Of a stretch of 64,000 bases of DNA, positions 1 through 9,263 are shown in pieces. The stretch covers positions 1-64,000 of the IMG/VR virus record IMGVR_UViG_3300020202_000001; one strand, 5' to 3'. Position 1 is the stretch's first letter. The number at the start of each line of letters is the position of its first letter. Under the pieces are notes generated by a model, which had not been told where the DNA came from, did no database searches, and was given only the letters and a program-made list of their open reading frames with translations. The translations under genes were made by a program, and so were the position numbers.

Positions 1-2
1 CG

Positions 3-266
3 TGCGGGTGCGAGGTCGGGCCGCTGCACACGGACGTCGAGCACGACGAGGTGGGCGACGGGGAGGGCGGCGAGATCCCGATCGTCGTCTGCCCCGTGTG
101 CCGCGAGGTCGTGGCGTTTACACTGGAGCGGCTGACGGACCAACAGTGCAAGGAGGCGCTCGATGGGGCTGGCGAGGCAACACAAGCTGGACGAGCTGCG
201 GCGGCGGTTCAAGATGGCGGCCAAGCGGAAGCGCATGGCGGCCCGGGACACGTCCGTCTACCGTAA
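3..266 (+). CDS. 5'-truncated hypothetical protein with Cys motifs (CGC...CPVC), possible Zn-binding
   Basis: Open frame from window start to stop at 266, with high GC3 in the 5' part. Confidence 0.4.
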   Translation, partial: CGCEVGPLHTDVEHDEVGDGEGGEIPIVVCPVCREVVAFTLERLTDQQCKEALDGAGEATQAGRAAAAVQDGGQAEAHGGPGHVRLP

Positions 267-345
267 CGCCGACGACGAGATGCGTAAGGTCGAGCAGGAG
301 ATGCGGGAGTTCTTCCGCGGGCAGAAGAAGCAAGGAGGCAAGTGA
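163..345 (+). CDS. small basic hypothetical protein
   Basis: AAGGAGG upstream, high GC3, stop overlaps the next start. Confidence 0.55.
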   Translation: MGLARQHKLDELRRRFKMAAKRKRMAARDTSVYRNADDEMRKVEQEMREFFRGQKKQGGK

Positions 346-1055
346 TGGCCGGCGAGCTGACCGTCGTGATGCTGAACTGGATGCGGCCGGAGAACGTCCG
401 CCGCTTCGTGCACTTCTACGCCATGCACGACGCCGTGGCCCAGGTGCTGGTGGGCGACAACAACCCGCACGCCGGCCCGAGGCCGCACAGCCTGAACCTG
501 GCGAACCACCTGCCGCCCGACGCAGCCGAGAAGATCGTCGTGGCGTCGTTCAGCCAGGACGTCGGCCTGCCGTCGCGGTTCGCCCTGGCCGCCATGGCAC
601 GCACGGACCACGTCCTGATCTGCGACGACGACATCGACCTCCCCGACGACACGGTCCGCCGGCTGCTCGCCGAGTTCCAGCGGAACAACGCCGGGGCCGT
701 GGGCCTGCACGGCCGCAAGCCGGCGGAGGACGGGCGGTACACGATCGACAACCACTACGGCCCGGTGCCGATCCTGCTGACGCGGGCCGTCGTCACCACG
801 CCCCGCGTCGCCGGCGAGGCGCTGTGGCAGAGCGTCCGCATGGCCCGAGCCCTCGGCGGCGTCCCGTTCGGCAACGGCGAGGACATCGTGATGAGCTACG
901 TCGCGATGCGGCAGGCGGGCCGCCCGAACATCGCCGTGAGGCTGCCGTACAAGAACGTGGGGTTCAACGACGCCAACGCGATCAGCGTCCGCTACCCCAA
1001 GCACGAGGAGCACCGATCGAAAGTAGTTCAATGGTGCCGCGAGCACGTTCTCTGA
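342..1055 (+). CDS. glycosyltransferase, GT-A fold, GT64/EXTL2-like
   Basis: SRF..., VLICDDDI (DxD) and NGEDIVMS motifs resemble GT64. Confidence 0.7.
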   Translation: MMAGELTVVMLNWMRPENVRRFVHFYAMHDAVAQVLVGDNNPHAGPRPHSLNLANHLPPDAAEKIVVASFSQDVGLPSRFALAAMARTDHVLICDDDIDLPDDTVRRLLAEFQRNNAGAVGLHGRKPAEDGRYTIDNHYGPVPILLTRAVVTTPRVAGEALWQSVRMARALGGVPFGNGEDIVMSYVAMRQAGRPNIAVRLPYKNVGFNDANAISVRYPKHEEHRSKVVQWCREHVL

Positions 1056-1061
1056 AGTTTC

Positions 1062-1090
1062 TTGACACGTCCCCCCATCGGGGGTAACTT
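1062..1090 (+). promoter_or_regulatory. sigma70-type promoter
   Basis: TTGACA(1062)-17 bp-TAACTT(1085). Confidence 0.7.
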
Positions 1091-1096
1091 TCCTGA

Positions 1097-1357
1097 CGCT
1101 GGACGGGCATGGACGTGGAACGGGGCCAGGGATGGCCACTGGGGACAAGGATGTCACCACCGCGTCCGGCCGGTTCGGTGGGCGTTTTGACGGACGCCCT
1201 AAGAGCCGCAGAGGAGATGAGGTGTGCCGACGCAGCTCGACCCTGCGACGGGAGCCTCAACAAGAAACGGGGGCGGCCAGTGACTCCTTGGCCGCCCCTA
1301 CATTGAAATCTTCCCTCCACAGCCCGACCGGCTCACCCACGCGGTCGGGCTTCTTTG
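1097..1357 (+). ncRNA. candidate CsrB/RsmZ-like small RNA
   Basis: Lies between a promoter and an intrinsic terminator; 9 GGA motifs in 1101-1253; hairpins GGCC-AGGGAT-GGCC and GAC-AAGGAT-GTC; no convincing ORF. Confidence 0.55.
1321..1356 (+). terminator. intrinsic terminator
   Basis: AGCCCGACCG...CGGTCGGGCT stem followed by TCTTT. Confidence 0.7.
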
Positions 1358-1423
1358 TAACTGGAGGTTCTAACCCGCCCCGGCCCAGCCGGCACGGGGC
1401 ATACTCGTAGCAAGGAGGCTCAG

Positions 1424-3085
1424 ATGCCTGACCTTCGCCCGCCGCCCGGTTCCGACCTGTCCAAGCTCCGCAACCTCAAGGACACGCGCGTCGTCCTGCA
1501 GCGCGGGGCGACCTACCAGGCCTCCAGCGACTGGGGGCTCAAACGCAACGTCGAGGTCGTGGCCGAGGGGACCGGCGGCCCACGCCCGCGGGTCGACTTC
1601 CTCGACAGCGGTGCCGGCGTCCACCTCCTCGGCGCGCAGAACATTGCCGTCTCCGACGTCGCCCTGATCTGCGTCCACCCCCAGCCGTCCTCGGGCGGCG
1701 TCCGCTCGGTCAGCTCGAAGGACGTCCGCCTCACCCGCGTCGAGGTCGCCGGCTTCCGCAACGGCATGACCAGCGAGGGCAAGCCCGGCGAGCGCAGCTC
1801 GAACTTCACGGTCGAGCAGTGCTACGTCCACAACAACTTCAACGCCAAGCCGCCTACCGGCAGCCCGCACGGCGGCGGCCACAGCCAGGGCATCTTCACG
1901 AGCTACACGGACGGCCTCCGGCTCCTCCGCACGGTCTGGGACACCAACGGGTGGACGCCGGGCAAGGGGATCGCGACGCAGTTCAACCACAACGCCTACC
2001 TGAACGCCTCGTGCGGACCGGCCGAGGTGGTCGGCAACCTGTTCTACAACGGGGCGGCGACCGGCCTGCAGCACCGGTGCGGCGGGCCGAACTCGTACAA
2101 CCTGTTCCTCAACAACCCGATCGGCCTGACGTACGGCCTGGTCAACGGCGGCGGCCCGCTGTGCCAGGGCGGCGTCAGCGGCGACGTGCACCACCTCGTG
2201 TTCGTCGGCGGCCGGGACATCAACGGCAGCCCGCGCGGCAACGCGATGTCGTTCGCCAACTGCAAGCGGGTCCGCGTACGCGACGTGCTGATCGCCCACG
2301 CCCCGCAGGACAAGTTCCAGGCCGTTGCCCTCGAACGGTGCCGGATGGGTGCCGACAGCGAGTACCTGAACAAGCCGGGCGGCATCGACATCGGGATCGC
2401 CGACCTGGAGTTCGACCGGGTCTACGTCTGGGACTGGCCCAAGGGCGAGTGGATTCAGTCGATCGGCGGCCAGGACGTGAAGCGGCTGGTCAAGCCGCAG
2501 AGCTGGGCTCCGCCGAAGCGGCCCGACCTCCGCGAGTGGATCGAGGAGCGGGGCGTGCTCGCCAACGCCCGGGCGAGCTACGCGACGTTCGACGCCAAGC
2601 CGCTGATCGACCAGATGTTCGCCCTCGCCGGCGCTGGCCAGGCCCCGACGCCCACGCCGACCCCGCCGCCCCCGCCCACCCCGCAGCCGACCCCGCCGAG
2701 CGAGCCGCGGCTCGACCTGATCGCGGTCAAGCTCGACGGCAAGCCGGTCGGCCGGCTGCAGGGCTCGTCGCTGCACTCCCCGGTCGCGGTCAAGGCCGTG
2801 CCCGTGCTGCCGGGCGGCCGGGGCATCGACCGCGTGCACTTCAGCCTCGACAAGCTCGGGGACGAGAAGCCGCCGCTGCTGGAGAAGGAGGAGCGGACCC
2901 CGCCCTACGCCTTCCCCGGCGACACGGGCGGCGACCGGTTCACCAAGTTCCCGTGGACCAGCGGGGCGTACCGCATGGTCGCCCGGGGGTACGCCGGGAC
3001 CAAGGAGGTCGTCAAGCAGGTGGCGGAGTTCAGCGTCTGCACCGACGAGGAGGTCGCGGCCGCGCTGGCGGCGAAGGACGACTAG
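1424..3085 (+). CDS. right-handed parallel beta-helix (pectate-lyase-like) protein with Pro/Thr linker and C-terminal beta domain; possible depolymerase
   Basis: Asn-ladder repeats (HSQGIF, DTNGW, FNHNAY, GNLFYN), PTPTPTPPP linker, SD upstream. Confidence 0.6.
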   Translation: MPDLRPPPGSDLSKLRNLKDTRVVLQRGATYQASSDWGLKRNVEVVAEGTGGPRPRVDFLDSGAGVHLLGAQNIAVSDVALICVHPQPSSGGVRSVSSKDVRLTRVEVAGFRNGMTSEGKPGERSSNFTVEQCYVHNNFNAKPPTGSPHGGGHSQGIFTSYTDGLRLLRTVWDTNGWTPGKGIATQFNHNAYLNASCGPAEVVGNLFYNGAATGLQHRCGGPNSYNLFLNNPIGLTYGLVNGGGPLCQGGVSGDVHHLVFVGGRDINGSPRGNAMSFANCKRVRVRDVLIAHAPQDKFQAVALERCRMGADSEYLNKPGGIDIGIADLEFDRVYVWDWPKGEWIQSIGGQDVKRLVKPQSWAPPKRPDLREWIEERGVLANARASYATFDAKPLIDQMFALAGAGQAPTPTPTPPPPPTPQPTPPSEPRLDLIAVKLDGKPVGRLQGSSLHSPVAVKAVPVLPGGRGIDRVHFSLDKLGDEKPPLLEKEERTPPYAFPGDTGGDRFTKFPWTSGAYRMVARGYAGTKEVVKQVAEFSVCTDEEVAAALAAKDD

Positions 3086-3173
3086 GGGTAGCATTTATGG
3101 TCTCATGCGGTTTCGGGCCGCCCGCAACCCCACAGCGGCCCAGTCCAGCGTTTCGTGAAAGGAGTCACGCACC

Positions 3174-3581
3174 ATGCGGACTTTCCGTTCCCGGTTCTCG
3201 GCCCTCGTGGCCGTCGCGTTCCTGTCCTCGCTCCTGCTCGGCCTGACCGGCTGCGGCGGGAAGAACATCAACACCGCCAACACCGGCGGCACGCTGACCG
3301 GCGTCGTCGACCGGCACGACAAGTACGTGCAGGCCGACCCCAACGTCGACCAGGCCGAGGCCCTCGCCGACTCGGCGGTGCTCAGGCAGGCGTGGCAGGC
3401 GGAAAGCGTACCGGCCAACGCGATCGAGGCCCCCTTAAACCGCGTCGCCGACCGGCACGACGGGTACGTCCAGTCGGACGGGACCCTGCCGCCCTACAAG
3501 CAACGCGCGAACCTACGCGACACCGCGATCCTGCGGGAGCTGCTGAAGGTCGGGAGGGCGACACCCGCCACCAACCCCTAA
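3174..3581 (+). CDS. putative lipoprotein
   Basis: Basic N-terminus, hydrophobic stretch, lipobox LTGC. Confidence 0.7.
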   Translation: MRTFRSRFSALVAVAFLSSLLLGLTGCGGKNINTANTGGTLTGVVDRHDKYVQADPNVDQAEALADSAVLRQAWQAESVPANAIEAPLNRVADRHDGYVQSDGTLPPYKQRANLRDTAILRELLKVGRATPATNP

Positions 3582-3659
3582 CGGCCGTCGCCCCGTAGCG
3601 GCGGCCCGCACCGCGTCCACGGACGGACGCACGAGACGACGTGACAAGGAGGTCACCCA

Positions 3660-3983
3660 GTGCCCAACCCCGAGAACGACAACCTCAAGCAGCAGGCGAC
3701 GCAGGCCCTCGTCGAGAGCCTGAACGACCTGATCGTCGGTGCCCGGTCCGACCTGCAGAACTTCGCCCAGGCGATCATCGCCGACTCGGTCGACGCGGCG
3801 GCGGCCGGCGACCAGGAGACGTTGGCCCAGCTCCGCAACCAGACGAAGTCCCTCATGGAACTGAACCGCCTCCGGGCGGTACACGGTGCCGAGCGGACGA
3901 TCTTCCGGCTGGTGGGGCTGGCCCTGAACCTGGTCCTGAAGTTCGTGGTCCCGATCCCCCTCACCGGCGTCCAGCAGATCTAA
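3660..3983 (+). CDS. hypothetical protein with C-terminal hydrophobic segment
   Basis: GTG start after AAGGAGG; high GC3. Confidence 0.65.
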   Translation: MPNPENDNLKQQATQALVESLNDLIVGARSDLQNFAQAIIADSVDAAAAGDQETLAQLRNQTKSLMELNRLRAVHGAERTIFRLVGLALNLVLKFVVPIPLTGVQQI

Positions 3984-4014
3984 CCCACCTGCTGATCCCA
4001 CGACGCCACCGCCC

Positions 4015-4050
4015 AGAGCCCCCGGTCCGCCGCCGGGGGCTCTTTGTTTT
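4015..4050 (+). terminator. intrinsic terminator
   Basis: AGAGCCCCCGG/CCGGGGGCTCT stem + TTGTTTT. Confidence 0.8.
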
Positions 4051-4059
4051 CCCTCGGAT

Positions 4060-4077
4060 CTCAAAACCGGTTTTTGG
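4060..4077. repeat. dispersed palindromic motif copy 1
   Basis: CTCAAAACCGGTTTTTGG (reverse orientation of consensus). Confidence 0.85.
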
Positions 4078-4208
4078 GACTTTGCCGTAGACCCGATCGG
4101 GGGATGGTGGTTAAGATGGCCTCGCTCGAAGGAGTGTCACGGCACGGATGCCCCGCCCGCGTTGGGCGGTAAACAAGGACTTCTCTTGACCGTACCAGGC
4201 CCGCAATC

Positions 4209-4448
4209 ATGTTCTCAGTGGCCGCGAAAGTTCGGCCCTACTGCCCGGACGAGCACATCACCGCTCGCCAGCTCCGGGGGTTAGGCTTCTACCTCTCCGA
4301 GATGATCCCGGACGAGGCCTTCGTGCGCCGGGTGGCCGTGGGGTTGAACGACGACGAGGAGCTGGACGACGGCTCCTCGACCCTCGGCCTCCGGGTGGAC
4401 GAGCCGTTCGCAGTCGCGAGTGAGCTGGAGCTGGCAGCCGTGGCATAA
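4209..4448 (+). CDS. hypothetical protein
   Basis: ORF with plausible composition. Confidence 0.5.
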   Translation: MFSVAAKVRPYCPDEHITARQLRGLGFYLSEMIPDEAFVRRVAVGLNDDEELDDGSSTLGLRVDEPFAVASELELAAVA

Positions 4449-4477
4449 TGCCCTCGACGTGCAAAGGAGTGCACACC

Positions 4478-4888
4478 ATGAACCGCATCGGCTTCCTCTT
4501 CCGTTCCCTGCTCGCCCTGGTCGTCTCCCTGTTCCGCGTCTCGCGACGGCGGTACCGGGCCGCCCGCGCGAGCTGGTTCCCCCGCCAGCGGCCCGCGAAC
4601 GCCTACGCCAAGCCGCTCCAGACCTGTAAGGACATCGCCCGGATCACGGCGACGGCGATGCGGCAGAACCGCAGCGCCAACATCGTCGTCGACGCCGGCG
4701 GGTACGTGTACGAGTCGGACGTGACCATCCCGCAGGGGAAGGGTTACATGCCGCTCGAAGGCGTGCTCGTCGACGACTCGGCCTACTACGTCGGGGCCAA
4801 GTTCGACGTGCGGCACGACGGCCGCAAGAGCGTGGTCAACCTGGGCCGGTCTCGGCCCGCCACGCTGAAGACGCTCACCGCCGCCTGA
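4478..4888 (+). CDS. hypothetical protein
   Basis: ATG 4478 after the AAGGAG hairpin; high GC3. Confidence 0.6.
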   Translation: MNRIGFLFRSLLALVVSLFRVSRRRYRAARASWFPRQRPANAYAKPLQTCKDIARITATAMRQNRSANIVVDAGGYVYESDVTIPQGKGYMPLEGVLVDDSAYYVGAKFDVRHDGRKSVVNLGRSRPATLKTLTAA

Positions 4889-4971
4889 AGACGCGGCCGG
4901 CTGACACACAGAGACCAGCGGGGACGGCCGTCGCGCGTGCGGCGGCCGTCTTCGCGTCACGAGGAGACGCC

Positions 4972-5202
4972 ATGGAAGAGAGCACGGACAACAAGACGTT
5001 CGCCACCGAGGTGAAGGACCACGTCCACACGATCACGGTCCACGGGGCCGACGACAGCCTCCAGTGGGCCGTGGCCGACAAGGGGGCCAAGGCACCGGTC
5101 GCGGTGACCCGCTCGGGCTCGACCCTGACCGCCACGACCCGCGACGAGGCCACCGCCGCCGAGATCCAGGCCTTGCTGAAGGCTGCCGGGTACCGCGGGT
5201 AG
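4972..5202 (+). CDS. hypothetical protein
   Basis: GAGGAG SD; high GC3. Confidence 0.6.
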   Translation: MEESTDNKTFATEVKDHVHTITVHGADDSLQWAVADKGAKAPVAVTRSGSTLTATTRDEATAAEIQALLKAAGYRG

Positions 5203-5211
5203 GCCGTTTCC

Positions 5212-5240
5212 TTGCCCGTTATCCCCCGTTCGGGTACTGT
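5212..5240 (+). promoter_or_regulatory. putative sigma70-type promoter
   Basis: TTGCCC-17 bp-TACTGT. Confidence 0.45.
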
Positions 5241-5262
5241 CTTGCGTCAAAGGAGACCCCCG

Positions 5263-6309
5263 ATGAACTCACGACGCGACTTCCTCCGAACGGCCGTGGC
5301 GGCCGGGACTGCAGCCTTGGTCCCGGCCGCCGCTTTCGGGCACGTCCAGAAGCGAACCGTGCTCAACAAGGAGTGGGCGGTCACGCTCGCCCCCGAGCTG
5401 CCGCCCAACCCGTTCGTCATCACGACGGACTTCGGCCGCAACACGACCTTCAGCCTCGACGACGCGAAGCTCTCCGGCCTGTGCGTCCAGTCGGTGACCG
5501 CCTTTCACCACCGGGCCAACGGCCCCGGGCGTGACGACGAGTACCACGTCACGATCGACGCGATCTACGTCACCCCGCCCAAGACCAAGCCCAAGCGGGA
5601 GCCGGTCACCCGCACGGTCATCCTGGCCCGCGCCGACATCGCCAAGGCCGAGCGCGGCCTGACGCCGCGGATCTCGCGGCTGGAGTGCTACGACGTCGTG
5701 AAGTGGATGCGGCACCCGGACCTCGACATCACCCAGCCGGTCGTCCCCCAGGTGCTCAAGTACCTGCACCGCGTCACCGACATTCACTGGGCCGCCTACA
5801 ACGACATCTTCGAGCAGGCCCCGATCGAGCCGACGTACGCCGGCCACGCGATCGTCGACCCCGTCGTCGGCAAGGTGCCGATGCTGGCGGACGGCACGAA
5901 GCTCCCGCTCCGGGTCATCTCGACCAACCGCGACGACTTCAGCTGCGTCCACAAGGTGACGCTGTGCGGCGTGGCGACCGTGAAGTTCGCCGTCGACATC
6001 GAGGCGGACTACTGGAAGGCCCTGCCGGTCGGCCGGCACACGTTCAAGAGCTTCCGGCTGGCCGTCCACGAGGACGGCTTCCTGCACGTCTTCAGCGAGC
6101 CCGAGGGCGAGGCCGACCCCAAGCTGTTCAGCTTCGGGCTGCCGGCGACCTACGGCCCGCCGCTGCGGTACATCACCCCGCGCGTCGACGTCAACCCGGA
6201 CACGGTGGCCAAGATCAGGTCGATGTTCCAGGAGAGCCGCAAGGGCGACTGGCACGTCATGCCGTACCCGGTCGAGTACCAGCCCCTGACGCCCACGATC
6301 GGAGGCTGA
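5263..6309 (+). CDS. hypothetical protein with twin-arginine (Tat)-like signal
   Basis: MNSRRDFLRTAVAAGTAALVPAAAFG; SD AAGGAG. Confidence 0.65.
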   Translation: MNSRRDFLRTAVAAGTAALVPAAAFGHVQKRTVLNKEWAVTLAPELPPNPFVITTDFGRNTTFSLDDAKLSGLCVQSVTAFHHRANGPGRDDEYHVTIDAIYVTPPKTKPKREPVTRTVILARADIAKAERGLTPRISRLECYDVVKWMRHPDLDITQPVVPQVLKYLHRVTDIHWAAYNDIFEQAPIEPTYAGHAIVDPVVGKVPMLADGTKLPLRVISTNRDDFSCVHKVTLCGVATVKFAVDIEADYWKALPVGRHTFKSFRLAVHEDGFLHVFSEPEGEADPKLFSFGLPATYGPPLRYITPRVDVNPDTVAKIRSMFQESRKGDWHVMPYPVEYQPLTPTIGG

Positions 6310-6312
6310 CCC

Positions 6313-7200
6313 GTGACGACGCTGCCCGTCATCGGCGTGATGCTGACGCAGCCGTCCCGCGAGGGCCTGGCGGTGCGGGCGATCACTGACTTCGTCAACC
6401 AGACGGTCCCCCGCAAGTCGCTGTACGTCTACACGACGGACCACGACTACGCGATCCGCCTGATGAACCGGTTCATGCCGCAGCTCGGCACCGTGTTCGT
6501 CGTCGCGGCCCGCCCGGGCTCGACCCCGCAGGACATGCTGCGGGCCGGGCTCTCGCAGGCCCGGGAGACGATGGGGTACGTCGCCCTCTGGGACGACGAC
6601 ATCCGCCACCACCCGGGCCGGCTGGAGCGGCAGACCGTCCAGACGGACGACGCGAACCGCCCCAGCCTGCTCAGCTCCGGCGTCTGGCACTTCTTCGACA
6701 GCGACGAGCTGTTCGTGTACCGCCTCGACAAGCGGCACGAGCCGCTGAAGGTGCGGCTGGTCGGCTCCACGCTCGTCTGCCGGGCCGAGCGGGTGACGGA
6801 CGACCTGATCCCGGTGAAGTACACTGGCAGCCCGACGCACGCCCTCGGCATGTCGGTCGTGCAGCGGTACGACGCCGTGCGGCCCACGGACGAGTGGTGG
6901 TGGATGGTGTTCGGCGTCCGCGGCGACAACGCGGGCGGTTACGAGTTTCACAGGAAGTGGGCCACGAACAAGGACCGGTGCCCTAGCGCCGCGTGGCTCC
7001 GAGAGAACCAGGTACTCCTGCGGCACTGGCTCGGTCAGTACGCGTGGGACGTTCCCAGGCTGGACGTCTGTGGCCAGGACGGCGTGGCGTTCCAGTTCGA
7101 GCCGCCCACGCTGTGGGGTCCAGAGGTGCCGCCGGTCGGCGAGCCCGAGGGCTTCGAGCGCGTGCGGGAAGTGCTGCAAGAGGAAACCAACAATGGCTAA
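6313..7200 (+). CDS. glycosyltransferase-like (GT-A/GT2) protein
   Basis: Segments AITDFVNQT and YVALWDDDIRHHPGRLERQ are typical of GT2. Confidence 0.55.
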   Translation: MTTLPVIGVMLTQPSREGLAVRAITDFVNQTVPRKSLYVYTTDHDYAIRLMNRFMPQLGTVFVVAARPGSTPQDMLRAGLSQARETMGYVALWDDDIRHHPGRLERQTVQTDDANRPSLLSSGVWHFFDSDELFVYRLDKRHEPLKVRLVGSTLVCRAERVTDDLIPVKYTGSPTHALGMSVVQRYDAVRPTDEWWWMVFGVRGDNAGGYEFHRKWATNKDRCPSAAWLRENQVLLRHWLGQYAWDVPRLDVCGQDGVAFQFEPPTLWGPEVPPVGEPEGFERVREVLQEETNNG

Positions 7201-7480
7201 GAAGACCAACGCCCTCGACCCCGAGACGACGCCGAACCACCCGGAGCTGACGCTGCGGGAGGTGCAGATCGCCATCGGGATCGCCGAGGGCAAGACCTAC
7301 CCCGAGATCGGCGACGCGCTGGGCCTCGGGTACGAGACCGTCCGGTCGTACGTCAACCGGCTCCGCGAGAAGACCTGCAGGCGGCGGAAGGCCGAGCTGG
7401 CCATCTGGGCGTCGCAGGAGCGGAGCTGGCTCGAACACCAACAGACCGACCTCACCGCGAAGGGCCAGACCGATGTTTGA
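7193..7480 (+). CDS. LuxR/GerE-family helix-turn-helix regulator (stand-alone)
   Basis: LTLREVQI...AEGKTYPEIGDALGLGYETVRSYVNRLREK. Confidence 0.85.
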   Translation: MAKKTNALDPETTPNHPELTLREVQIAIGIAEGKTYPEIGDALGLGYETVRSYVNRLREKTCRRRKAELAIWASQERSWLEHQQTDLTAKGQTDV

Positions 7481-8024
7481 ACTCGTCAAGGGCTGGAACC
7501 TGCTCAAGGGGCAGGACGACTGGGAGGAGTACCGGAAGCAGTTCGCCGAGAACCAGGGCTGGGCCACCGACCAGGTCGCGTGGGGTGCCGGCCCGGTGAA
7601 GTTCCCGGCGATGGTCGTGTCGTACGCCCCGATGTACGCCAAGGTGGTCAGCTGCTACTTCTACGACGACGAGGCACGCAAGCTGCTGTCGGCCGCGACC
7701 GGCGTGCCCCTGCGGCCGCTGAAGGGCTGGCCGCCGCCGCAGACGCTCGACGGCCCGCAGCCCGAGCGGATCGTCGAGCGGGTCAACACGGTCGGCCCCA
7801 ACCAGGGCGAGACGAACAAGCACGTCGCGGCGACCCTGCTGAGCGTCGTGCAGGTGCTGCTCGACAAGCGGCTCATCACGGCCGAGGCGTTCGAGGCCAA
7901 GATGCAGGCGAACCTCGCGGCCGTCGACGGGTTCAAGACCGAGCACCAGGCGACGATCGCGTCCCTGGTCGACCCCACGCACATGCTCGGCGGCCTGCTG
8001 CCCGAGCCCGACACCGAGGGCTGA
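7473..8024 (+). CDS. hypothetical protein
   Basis: Coupled ORF, high GC3. Confidence 0.6.
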   Translation: MFELVKGWNLLKGQDDWEEYRKQFAENQGWATDQVAWGAGPVKFPAMVVSYAPMYAKVVSCYFYDDEARKLLSAATGVPLRPLKGWPPPQTLDGPQPERIVERVNTVGPNQGETNKHVAATLLSVVQVLLDKRLITAEAFEAKMQANLAAVDGFKTEHQATIASLVDPTHMLGGLLPEPDTEG

Positions 8025-8318
8025 GTGGTCGACGAGATCATCGACGTCGAGTTCGTGCAGGCCGGACCGGTGATCGTCCACGCTCACCGGTCCGCCCTCG
8101 TCTGCATCACGATCGAGAGCCCCAAACCGCCGACCAAGCAGGAGCTGATCGCCAAGGTCCTGTACAATGCCGGGTACGACCCGGTCGCCTTCGCGGCCAA
8201 CCCCGCGGGCCAGATGATGATCCAGGAGTGCGTCGCCGGCCGGATGAACCGCGACGGGCTCCTGCACACGGCGAAGAACATCGCCGTGCTGGACCCGACG
8301 ATCATCCGGCGTCGCTGA
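8025..8318 (+). CDS. hypothetical protein
   Basis: Abuts the previous stop; high GC3. Confidence 0.55.
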   Translation: MVDEIIDVEFVQAGPVIVHAHRSALVCITIESPKPPTKQELIAKVLYNAGYDPVAFAANPAGQMMIQECVAGRMNRDGLLHTAKNIAVLDPTIIRRR

Positions 8319-8338
8319 TCCAAAAACCGGTTTTGAGA
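8317..8338. repeat. dispersed palindromic motif copy 2
   Basis: GATCCAAAAACCGGTTTTGAGA. Confidence 0.9.
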
Positions 8339-8352
8339 TGTGAGGGAGAGAC

Positions 8353-9255
8353 ATGGACGTCGGTATCCCCGGCAAGATCTGGCCCGCCCGGCTGCTGGAG
8401 CCGCCGGTGCCGTGCCCCAACTGCCAGCAGCCCGTCAACGGGTTCGTCAGCGGCGAGAGCCTGTACAGCGGCAACTCGATCACCCGGTCGGAGTCGATCG
8501 AGGGCGTGCCCGCCTCGAAGCTCAAGTCGACGATCGTCTACACCCTCCACCCGTGCTACTGCCAGGTCGACCAATACTGGATGAGCGCGTTCTCCGAGGA
8601 GATGGGCCGCCGCGAGAAGGGCCGCCCGCCCCGCAGCGTCGAGGGCCGGTCCCAGGCGAACAAGGAGGCGATGGTCGAGGAGCTGCAGGGCCGGCTCCGC
8701 GCCCTGTACACGAAGCGGGACGCCGCGATCGTGGCCGACATCCCCAGCCGCAAGGCCGCGATCGAGCGGGAGATCTGCCTGCTGGTCACCGAGCTGGCCC
8801 GGGCGATCCCCGGGTCGCACAACAAGGTCGCCGCGATCGCGCTGGAGCCCGAGGTCCTGCAGTGGGCCAGGCAGTCCAAGCTGAACGTCCCGCCCGGCTC
8901 CGGCTCCAACCCCGAGCGGGCCGTTAAGCTCACGCTGGAGCAGATCCACAAGCACCTGCAGCTCGACCCGGAGTTCAACGAGAAGCAGACCGGCCGCCGG
9001 CTGCTCGTGCTCGCCCAGGCGATGTTCAAGGAGCTGCAGGACTTCGTGAACAAGGGCAAGCCGGTCAGCCAGCAGACCCTTCGCGTCGCCGGCAAGCTAG
9101 TACCCGGGGCCGAGGGCTTCATCGTCGGCCGCGAGGTCGAGGGGCCGGTGATCGACGACCCGGAGACCGTCTTCCAGGACTCCTTCGCCCGCCGCCGGCG
9201 TCGGCGGCTCGACGTGCGGAACGACGACGACGGCAAGGATGTGGATGACGAGTGA
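8353..9255 (+). CDS. hypothetical protein with N-terminal CPNC...PCYC Zn-finger-like motif
   Basis: GGGAG SD; high GC3. Confidence 0.6.
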   Translation: MDVGIPGKIWPARLLEPPVPCPNCQQPVNGFVSGESLYSGNSITRSESIEGVPASKLKSTIVYTLHPCYCQVDQYWMSAFSEEMGRREKGRPPRSVEGRSQANKEAMVEELQGRLRALYTKRDAAIVADIPSRKAAIEREICLLVTELARAIPGSHNKVAAIALEPEVLQWARQSKLNVPPGSGSNPERAVKLTLEQIHKHLQLDPEFNEKQTGRRLLVLAQAMFKELQDFVNKGKPVSQQTLRVAGKLVPGAEGFIVGREVEGPVIDDPETVFQDSFARRRRRRLDVRNDDDGKDVDDE

Positions 9256-9263
9256 GGTCGCGG

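Noticed and set aside
1109-1410. Small ORFs 1109-1306 and 1132-1410
   Set aside because: Atypical codon usage, no properly spaced SD, one crosses a terminator; the region is better explained as ncRNA.
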